A stretch of 63,432 nucleotides of DNA, the filler included. It is 5 parts of 5 records of this genome, joined end to end, with 100 filler letters (N's around TTAATTAATTAA, not from the genome) between each part and the next. Parts side by side here need not be neighbours in the genome. Positions count along the whole stretch, not along the records: positions 55,531 to 63,432 come from SRR20825019_2283; 4 more parts are not named here. One strand, 5' to 3'. Under the pieces are notes generated by a model. That model saw only the letters and a list, made by a program, of their open reading frames with translations, had not been told where the DNA came from and searched no databases. The position numbers and the translations under genes are program-made. Positions 56,151 through 63,432 of this stretch are shown here, piece after piece (the first letter of the stretch is position 1; each line of letters opens with the position of its first letter).

Positions 56151-57518
56151 ATGCAGGCGAAGGATGTCAAAACCGCCGATGACGCACGAAAACTGATTAA
56201 GGAACGAGACATCAAATTCGTCAAAATCGGTATTTTCGACGTCGACGGAATCATGCGCGGCAAATACATGCATCGCGAAAAATTCCTGTCGGCACTCGAT
56301 TCCGGTTTTGCCTTTTGTGATGTGGTTCTGGGTTGGGATTCAAATGACCAGCTCTATGACAAATCCGAGTTTACAGGATGGCACACGGCATATCCGGATG
56401 CACCGGTGCGCGTGATCCCCGAAAGCTGCCGCGAATTGCCGATGGAAGACGATACCGTTCTGTTCCTTGGCGAGTTCGAGGGACGGGCGGAAACCGTGTG
56501 CCCGCGTGGCACATTGCGCCGTGTCCTCGATAAAGCCGATAAGATGGGATATGACGTTTCGGCCGCCTGCGAGTTCGAGTTTTTCCTGTTCGAGGAAGAC
56601 CCGCATTCCGTGCGCGAGAAGAACTATCGCAATCTGAAGAACATCACACCGGGCTTTTACGGTTATTCGATGCTGCGCAATTCCGTGCATTCGGAATTCT
56701 ATCATGACCTGCTTGAACTGGGTGAAAGCATGGATTTCCCGATTGAGGGACTTCATACCGAAACCGGCCCTGGGGTTTTGGAAGCTGCCCTTACCCATGA
56801 TGAGGCGATGAAAGCCGCCGACAAAGCCGCACTTTTTAAAACATTCACCAAGGTTCTGGCCCAGCGTGCCGGATGGATGGCAACATTTATGGCGAAATGG
56901 TCACCTGATTGGCCGGGGCAGTCGGGGCATATGCATGTTTCGATCAAGGGCAAGGATGGCCGGGCGGCATTTTATGACGCCAACAAGCCGCACAATATGT
57001 CCGATGAAATGCGGTGGTTCCTTGGCGGGCAACAGAAATTGATGCCGGAACTGCTGTCGATGGTGGCCTGCACGGTGAACAGTTATTCGCGACTGATCCC
57101 GGGTTTCTGGGCACCGACGACGGCAACGTGGGGTGTTGAAAACCGTACCACGGCCCTTCGTGTCATTCCGGGTAGTGCCAAGTCGCAGCGTATTGAATAT
57201 CGCATTGCGGCGGCGGATATTAACCCCTATATCGCGCTTTCGGCGGCCATCGGTTCGGGGCTTTGGGGCATTGAAAACAAGGTGGAGCCGGGCGAAATGG
57301 TCGTCGGCAACGCCTATGCGCAGGAATTCCCCGAAGATACGAGCTTGCCTGCAACGCTTTACGAGGCAGCCGGACGTTTGCGCAAATCCGAGGCGGCAAA
57401 ATCGCTGTTTGGTGAAGAATTCGTGACCCATTACGCCCAGTCGCGGGAATGGGAAGAACGCGAATTCCGCAAGGCGATTACCGACTGGGAAATGCAGCGT
57501 TACTTCGAAATCATTTGA
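56151..57518 (+). CDS. Glutamine-synthetase-family gamma-glutamyl ligase (PuuA-like)
   Basis: GIMRGK, EFEFFLF, HTETGPG..E, GQSGHMHVS, NSYSRL.PG.WAP, ENRT, RIEYR. AGGAGG RBS before ATG 56151. Confidence 0.92.
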   Translation: MQAKDVKTADDARKLIKERDIKFVKIGIFDVDGIMRGKYMHREKFLSALDSGFAFCDVVLGWDSNDQLYDKSEFTGWHTAYPDAPVRVIPESCRELPMEDDTVLFLGEFEGRAETVCPRGTLRRVLDKADKMGYDVSAACEFEFFLFEEDPHSVREKNYRNLKNITPGFYGYSMLRNSVHSEFYHDLLELGESMDFPIEGLHTETGPGVLEAALTHDEAMKAADKAALFKTFTKVLAQRAGWMATFMAKWSPDWPGQSGHMHVSIKGKDGRAAFYDANKPHNMSDEMRWFLGGQQKLMPELLSMVACTVNSYSRLIPGFWAPTTATWGVENRTTALRVIPGSAKSQRIEYRIAAADINPYIALSAAIGSGLWGIENKVEPGEMVVGNAYAQEFPEDTSLPATLYEAAGRLRKSEAAKSLFGEEFVTHYAQSREWEEREFRKAITDWEMQRYFEII

Positions 57519-57602
57519 TCTGTTGCATGCGGCGACGCATCGTCGCTTCGCGCCTGGTCACATATCTTAGCGCCCTAACTCATTCTCCAATTGTGAGGCA
57601 TC

Positions 57603-58994
57603 ATGTCTGAGAGTTTACGCACCATCTCGCCCGTTGATGGATCCGTTTATGTCGAGCGTCCGCTTGCCGGTGCCGCCGAGATCAACAAGGCACTTGATGT
57701 TGCCCGCGCCGCACAGGCCGAATGGCGCAATGTGCCGGTTGCGACCCGTCAGGAAATCCTGCGCAAGGCGGTTGCCGCCTTTGTTGCGAAAAAGGATGAA
57801 ATTGCCGCTGAGATCAGCTGGCAGATGGGCCGACCGATTTCGCAAGCCGGTGGCGAGGTTAACGGTTTTAAGGAACGCGCCGATTACATGATCAACATCG
57901 CGCCTGAGGCACTTGGCGATTACAATCCGGGCGAGAAGGCCGGTTTTAACCGTTTCATCCGTCGCGAGCCATTGGGCGTCGTTGCGATCATCGCACCGTG
58001 GAACTTCCCGTATCTGACGGCGGTGAACGGCGTTGTTCCGGCCCTTATGGCGGGGAATGCGGTGGTGTTGAAACATTCGCACCAGACCCCGCTTTGTGCA
58101 GAACGCTTTGCCGAGGCGTTTGAAGCCGCCGGTCTGCCCAAGGGATTGTTCCAGTATCTGCATCTGAGCCATGCGGATGCGGAAAAACTGATGGGCGATA
58201 TCCGTGTTGATTTCGTCAATTTCACCGGTTCGGTGCCTGGCGGCCATGCTGTTCAGAAAGCGGTTGGAGGCAAGTTCATCGCGACCGGTATGGAGCTTGG
58301 CGGCAAGGACCCGGCCTATTTGCGTTCGGACGTCAATATCGATCATGCGGTGGAAAACGTCATTGATGGCGCGTTCTTTAACAGCGGACAGTCGTGCTGC
58401 GGGATTGAACGGATTTACGCCCATGAAAGCGTTTTTGATGCCTTTGTAGAGAAGGCTGCCGATCTTGTATCGCAATACCGCCTTGGCAGCCCGATTGATA
58501 CGGAAACCAACCTTGGCCCGATGGTGCGTGCGTCATCAGCGGCCTTCGTACGGGGCCAGATTGCCGATGCCATCCGTGACGGGGCAAAGGCATTGATCGA
58601 TCCGTCGAAATTTACCGCCAACAAGGAAGGCACCCCGTATCTTGCGCCGCAGGTCTTGATCAATGTCGATCATTCGATGCGCGTCATGAGCGAGGAAAGC
58701 TTTGGCCCGGTTGTCGGCATTATGAAGGTGACATCCGACGAGGAAGCCATTGCCCTGATAAATGACAGTGAATTCGGGCTGACGGCATCGATCTGGACAG
58801 CGGATGAGGATGCCGCCCTTTCGATTGGGGACCGGCTTCAGACCGGAACGGTTTTCATGAACCGTGCAGATTACCTTGATCCGGCACTGGCCTGGACGGG
58901 TGTGAAAAATTCGGGACGTGGATGCACGCTTTCGAAACTGGGTTACGAATCCCTGACCCGGCCGAAAAGCTTCCACCTGCGGACCAAGATTTAA
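57603..58994 (+). CDS. Aldehyde dehydrogenase
   Basis: PWNFP, FTGS, ELGGKDP, NSGQSC, EESFGP. Confidence 0.95.
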   Translation: MSESLRTISPVDGSVYVERPLAGAAEINKALDVARAAQAEWRNVPVATRQEILRKAVAAFVAKKDEIAAEISWQMGRPISQAGGEVNGFKERADYMINIAPEALGDYNPGEKAGFNRFIRREPLGVVAIIAPWNFPYLTAVNGVVPALMAGNAVVLKHSHQTPLCAERFAEAFEAAGLPKGLFQYLHLSHADAEKLMGDIRVDFVNFTGSVPGGHAVQKAVGGKFIATGMELGGKDPAYLRSDVNIDHAVENVIDGAFFNSGQSCCGIERIYAHESVFDAFVEKAADLVSQYRLGSPIDTETNLGPMVRASSAAFVRGQIADAIRDGAKALIDPSKFTANKEGTPYLAPQVLINVDHSMRVMSEESFGPVVGIMKVTSDEEAIALINDSEFGLTASIWTADEDAALSIGDRLQTGTVFMNRADYLDPALAWTGVKNSGRGCTLSKLGYESLTRPKSFHLRTKI

Positions 58995-59023
58995 CGTCGC
59001 GTTTGCGCGCAAAGGATACAGAA

Positions 59024-60193
59024 ATGACCAAGAAGATTGTTGGAAACTGGAACTTCCCGACCTCCGTGCGTTTTGGTCCGGGCCGTATTTCAGAACTGGC
59101 AGATGCCTGCAAGGCAACCGGCATGAAAAAGCCGTTGCTGATCACCGACGAGGGTCTTAAGGATCTGCCGATGGTACGTGATGCGATTGCCGCAAACGAA
59201 GCCGCAGGACTTCCGACCGGGCTGTTTGCCGGGGTCAAAGGCAACCCGACAGGCAAAAACGTTGAAGACGGTCTGGCGGTCTATCGTGCCGGCGGTCATG
59301 ACGGTGTGATTGCCTTTGGTGGCGGTTCGGGCCTTGATGCGGCCAAGGCCGTGGCCCTGATGGCAGGGCAGATCCGCCCGATGTGGGATTTCGAAGATAT
59401 AGGTGATTGGTGGACCCGCGCCGATCCGGCTGGTATCGCCCCGATTGTTGCGGTTCCGACCACATCAGGGACCGGTTCCGAAGTGGGCCGTGCCAGCGTG
59501 ATTACCAAAGAAGACACGCATGAAAAGAAAATCATCTTCCATCCGAAGATGTTGCCAGCCATCGTGATTTCCGATCCGGAACTGACCATTGGCCTGCCGC
59601 CGCATGTGACGGCGGCCACTGGTGTCGATGCGTTTGTTCATTGTTTCGAAGCCCATTGTGCGCCGGGTTATCATCCGATGGCGGATGGTGTGGCCCTTGA
59701 AGGTATGCGCCTGATTGCCGATGCGCTGCCGCGTGCCTATGACAATGGCAAGGATATCGAGGCGCGTGCCGATATGCTTTCGGCAGCGTCGATGGGGGCG
59801 ACAGCCTTCCAGAAGGGGCTTGGCGGTGTTCACGCACTGGCCCATCCGATCGGGGCGATTTTCGATACCCACCACGGCCTGACCAATGCCATCCTTTTGC
59901 CGTATGTCATGCGGGCCAACCGCCGTGCGATTGAAGGCAATTGTGAAACGATTTGCCGTTTGCTGGGCCTTGCCGCACCGGGCTTTGACACCCTGTTTGA
60001 ATGGGTTCTGGCGTTCCGTACCCGTCTTGGCATCGTCAATACGCTGGCGGAAATCGGTGTCGACGTAAACCGAGCCGACGAAGTCGCGACCAAAGCCAAG
60101 GGTGATCCGTCCGATGGAGGCAACCCGATTGAACTTTCGGTGGCTGATTATGCCGAAATCTTCCGTCGGGCCTGTGTCGGCGAGCTTGGCTAA
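59024..60193 (+). CDS. Iron-containing alcohol dehydrogenase
   Basis: GGGSGLDAAK, PTTSGTGSE, DAFVH, HALAH, HHG. Confidence 0.93.
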   Translation: MTKKIVGNWNFPTSVRFGPGRISELADACKATGMKKPLLITDEGLKDLPMVRDAIAANEAAGLPTGLFAGVKGNPTGKNVEDGLAVYRAGGHDGVIAFGGGSGLDAAKAVALMAGQIRPMWDFEDIGDWWTRADPAGIAPIVAVPTTSGTGSEVGRASVITKEDTHEKKIIFHPKMLPAIVISDPELTIGLPPHVTAATGVDAFVHCFEAHCAPGYHPMADGVALEGMRLIADALPRAYDNGKDIEARADMLSAASMGATAFQKGLGGVHALAHPIGAIFDTHHGLTNAILLPYVMRANRRAIEGNCETICRLLGLAAPGFDTLFEWVLAFRTRLGIVNTLAEIGVDVNRADEVATKAKGDPSDGGNPIELSVADYAEIFRRACVGELG

Positions 60194-60239
60194 GTTCAAG
60201 AAACGATAACCGGAACAATCACGGGATCAGGGTGTTATC

Positions 60240-61097
60240 ATGGAAAACGTCAGAAAAATCCTGATTGTAGATGGCAATCGCCACGAAGTGAATGAATTGA
60301 ACCGTTCACTGGGGGGATCGCCATCGGGCGAGGGATATGAAGCGGCCCTGAGACGCCTTGATCCTGAACTTGATATCACGATTGTCCGGCCTGCGGATGA
60401 TGGGCCGGACTGTCTTCCCGACGGTGTGAAGCTTACCGATTTTGACGGCATTGCGTGGACCGGTTCGGCGCTGAATGCCTATATCGATGAAGACGCGGTT
60501 TTAAACCAGTTGCCATTGGCAAGGGCAACGGTTGAATCCGGTGTGCCGGTATTTGGCAGTTGCTGGGGCATGCAGATTGTTGCCCGTGCGTTTGGCGGTG
60601 AAGTGCGCGCATCGCCCAATGGGCGCGAGATTGGCGTGGGCCGCATGATCCGCCTGAACCGGGCAGGGGTTGCGCATCCGATGTATCGCGGGAAATCGGT
60701 CTGTTTTTCTGCACTGACCGTGCATATGGACGAAGTATCGGTTCCGCCCAAGGGGGCGGTGATCCTTGCCGGGAACGAACACAGCCATATTCAGGCGTTT
60801 GTGATGGAAAATGACGGCCTGAAATTCTGGGGCGTGCAATATCATCCCGAATATACGCTGGCGGAACTTGCCGCCATTTTCCGGCGGTACGGGCAGCGCC
60901 TGATTGATGCCGGATTGTTCGCCGATCAGGGGGCGCTTGAAACCATGGCGACCAACTGGATGACGCTGCATCAGGACCCGGATCGGCGCGATCTTGCGTG
61001 GCAATACGGGATTGATAATGATGCGCTGCGCTATGAACGCAGATTGCTGGAACTTGGCAACTGGTTGAAGTATTCAGTCGGTAAAATTCGCAGTTAG
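60240..61097 (+). CDS. Class I glutamine amidotransferase-like protein (possible gamma-glutamyl-amide hydrolase)
   Basis: TGS, GSCWGMQ nucleophile, GVQYHPE triad. Confidence 0.88.
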   Translation: MENVRKILIVDGNRHEVNELNRSLGGSPSGEGYEAALRRLDPELDITIVRPADDGPDCLPDGVKLTDFDGIAWTGSALNAYIDEDAVLNQLPLARATVESGVPVFGSCWGMQIVARAFGGEVRASPNGREIGVGRMIRLNRAGVAHPMYRGKSVCFSALTVHMDEVSVPPKGAVILAGNEHSHIQAFVMENDGLKFWGVQYHPEYTLAELAAIFRRYGQRLIDAGLFADQGALETMATNWMTLHQDPDRRDLAWQYGIDNDALRYERRLLELGNWLKYSVGKIRS

Positions 61098-62044
61098 ATC
61101 GTTTCTTTGTAGGCGTTTAACGCGCGTTCCTGAACCGTTTTGCTATCAAGGTTCCAGACAGTTGTGCCGTGGGTTTTCGCCGTCAGACTTGCCATGGCAA
61201 GGCCGGTACCAATCGCGGCGTCAAAGCCGGTTTCCAGTTTGCTGAACGCCGACAGGAAGCCCGAATAAAACGCATCCCCGGCTCCATTGACGTCAACGAC
61301 CTTGGTGGGCAAAGGACGCCAGAAGGCAGTTTCACGGCCATCGGCAGATACGACACCCTTGGCACCCAGCGTTATGACAATATGGGGAATGCCATGATCG
61401 CGTAGAACCGTGATTGCGTTTTTGGCATCATCAATGTCGTTGATTTCAATACCGGATAAAACTTTTGCTTCGGCCCGGTTGGCGATCAGGACATCAAGTT
61501 TGTCCAGAAGTGGCTTGAAGCGTGCCGATTTTGACGGGGATACGGTCGCGGCACAAAAGCGTGATGTGCCTTTCTGGTCGGCTAGCCAGATCAGCGTTTC
61601 GGTCGGCAGATTGGCATCGACCATCCACCAGGGCCAGTTTTGAATATTTGCCAGTTGATCAGCCAGAAGATCGTATGTCAGGCGGTCATAGATTTCGGCA
61701 TCCATCAGGCCGAGGGCCAGTTCGCCGGTTTCGTCAAGGATGGCGGTGTAACCCGCGGTATGGCCGCCGGGGATTTTGCGGATTTGCCGGGTATCGATAC
61801 CGATTTCCGATAAGGAGCGGATGATCTGATCGCCGTCGCCATCGTCGCCGACCGCACCCAGCATACCGACATTACATCCCAGCAACCGCAGGTGAACCGC
61901 GATATTGCGACTGACGCCACCGGGTTTTCGGTGCAGGGTCCGGACAGGGTTTGACGCCGCAGGCACGAATGTTTCCGTGCATTGCAGGGTTCGGTCAAAA
62001 TGGGCTGCGCCAAGGCAAAGGATGTTGCTGGCAGGGTTGATCAA
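61094..62044 (-). CDS. PfkB family carbohydrate kinase (pseudouridine kinase-like)
   Basis: PGGVSRNIA, VGDDGDG, DANL, N.AEA, DVNGAGDAF. Confidence 0.88.
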   Translation of the reverse strand: MINPASNILCLGAAHFDRTLQCTETFVPAASNPVRTLHRKPGGVSRNIAVHLRLLGCNVGMLGAVGDDGDGDQIIRSLSEIGIDTRQIRKIPGGHTAGYTAILDETGELALGLMDAEIYDRLTYDLLADQLANIQNWPWWMVDANLPTETLIWLADQKGTSRFCAATVSPSKSARFKPLLDKLDVLIANRAEAKVLSGIEINDIDDAKNAITVLRDHGIPHIVITLGAKGVVSADGRETAFWRPLPTKVVDVNGAGDAFYSGFLSAFSKLETGFDAAIGTGLAMASLTAKTHGTTVWNLDSKTVQERALNAYKETI

Positions 62045-62131
62045 GATGATGCTCTGTTTATTGTTAAACGGTCTTTGATGGCTGGCGCAAAGTCATAAGC
62101 TGCGGGGTCAATTCAACGCAAGCAAAACAAG

Positions 62132-62166
62132 AAGGGCGGCGTACGGGATCATCGTGCGCCGCCCTT
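62132..62166 (-). terminator. Intrinsic terminator after the nucleotidase gene
   Basis: AAGGGCGGCGTACG...CGTGCGCCGCCCTT stem followed on the minus strand by CTTGTTTTGCTT. Confidence 0.7.
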
Positions 62167-62189
62167 TGGCTAACCTGGTTAGTTCGGGT

Positions 62190-63432
62190 TTATTTCATCA
62201 TGATACGATCATGGGTTGCCGGGATCATCGGCGAATTCATGCCGATATATTCCGCCACTGCCTGTTCAAGGTTCGGACCGAAATCATAGACATCGGTTGC
62301 GTTATCGCGGAACAGGGCATAACCATCCCCGCCATTGCGCATGAAGTCGTTCGAAACAACGCCATACGTTTTGGCCGGATCAATCGGAACGAAAGTACCG
62401 CCTTCATCGACCATAACGTTGGATATGCGCGATCCGACCGGTGCGTTAAGGTCCAGATCGAATTTCAGACCGGAAACCTGCGGGAACTGGCCTTTGCCCT
62501 CGGACACCATTGATACGCCATGTTCAAGGGACGCCACGACATCGGCACCGGTCAGTTTGAAGGTTGCCAGAGCATTCTGGAACGGCAGAACCGTCAGGAC
62601 TTCGCCCATTGTCACGGTACCTTCGTCAATGCTGGCACGGATACCGCCACCATTCTGGATGGCGATCTGATACCCTTCGCCAGCTTTCCACAGCATGGCA
62701 TCGGCAATCAGGGAACCCATGGCGCATTCCATCGCGCGGCAGCTTTCACGCGATCCATCGGCGGCCGTGGTGAAGCTTCCGACCTCAACCGTGCGAATGG
62801 CATCGACCGCACCGCTGACTTCGGCTATTTTCGCCAGAACGTCTTCGGCCGGTTTGATACTGGCATCAAGGGTGATCGGTTCGCCCGACCATGCCTTTGC
62901 AACGCCGTCATCGTCAAAGGTGACCTCAAGCGCGCCGAGATAGCGGCTATAGGCGTAGGCCTGAACGACCAGAACTGGTTTGCCATCCGGTGCGGTTTCA
63001 ACGACCGGGTAGGGATAGTCGGCCTTTTCATTGGTGTTCGAGAAGAGCTGGTTGTCATGTCCGCCAACGATGACATCGATGCCGCTGACGGTTTTTGCCA
63101 GTTCAAAATCCTTGTAGGACCCGGAATGGCTCATAACGATAATTTTGTTGATGCCCTTCAGGCGCAGGCGGGCAACGGAATAGCGCAACGCCATTTCGGA
63201 ATCGGTGATGCTGACATGATCACCCGGGCTTGAAATATCCGGGGTTTCTTCGGTCGTGATACCGATCAGGCCGATTTTCTCGCCCCCGACTTCGACGATG
63301 GTGTCGGGCTTGATGAAGCCTTCAAGGCCGGAACCGCCAAGCGGCTTGACGTTGGCCGACAGAACCGGAATTTTGCTGGTTTTGATGAAGGCGGCAAGAA
63401 CATCGGGACCATCGTCGAATTCGTGGTTGCCA
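62190..63432 (-). CDS. Bifunctional metallophosphatase / 5'-nucleotidase (UshA-like), 5'-truncated
   Basis: Frame is open to the window end: GNHEFD, SH, GGHD, NGGGIR, VLPF.N, GGDGY. Confidence 0.92.
   Translation of the reverse strand, partial: GNHEFDDGPDVLAAFIKTSKIPVLSANVKPLGGSGLEGFIKPDTIVEVGGEKIGLIGITTEETPDISSPGDHVSITDSEMALRYSVARLRLKGINKIIVMSHSGSYKDFELAKTVSGIDVIVGGHDNQLFSNTNEKADYPYPVVETAPDGKPVLVVQAYAYSRYLGALEVTFDDDGVAKAWSGEPITLDASIKPAEDVLAKIAEVSGAVDAIRTVEVGSFTTAADGSRESCRAMECAMGSLIADAMLWKAGEGYQIAIQNGGGIRASIDEGTVTMGEVLTVLPFQNALATFKLTGADVVASLEHGVSMVSEGKGQFPQVSGLKFDLDLNAPVGSRISNVMVDEGGTFVPIDPAKTYGVVSNDFMRNGGDGYALFRDNATDVYDFGPNLEQAVAEYIGMNSPMIPATHDRIMMK

Noticed and set aside
62190-63194. Apparently N-terminally shortened 5'-nucleotidase
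   Set aside because: The frame stays open to the window end and includes GNHEFD; it is simply truncated by the window.

Overview
This window is not one genome segment. It is five contigs joined by 100-bp artificial spacers (N44-TTAATTAATTAA-N44). Contig 1 (1-19847) is from a GC-rich alphaproteobacterium, probably Rhodospirillales. It carries carD/cdnL, a degenerate metallophosphoesterase, an RpoH-family sigma factor, an M48 protease, a thermonuclease, pip, a PagL-like protein, an amino-acid catabolic cluster including dgdA with a divergent LysR, an SdpA/HTTM-like pair and a truncated PATR+RTX protein. Contigs 2-4 (19948-28573, 28674-49270, 49371-55430) are from a compact, probably flagellated microbial eukaryote with short (~45-65 nt) GT-AG introns and extremely GC-rich islands upstream of genes. 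Manual splicing gives a kelch/EGF receptor-like TKL kinase, a SASA-esterase + GH5 mannanase-like fusion, TMEM138-, FMC1- and Mog1-like genes, a probably inactive giant apyrase, MORN and UBA-F-box-LRR proteins, and a secreted protein resembling an uncharacterised bacterial family. The most notable product is a dsRNA-binding-domain + Schlafen (AlbA_2) nuclease fusion that is invisible in the ORF track. Contig 5 (55531-63432) is from a second, lower-GC alphaproteobacterium (Thalassospira-like) with a TRAP / glutamine-synthetase-like / ALDH / Fe-ADH / amidotransferase gamma-glutamylation cluster. All family calls come from motif recognition and recall; no database search was run.
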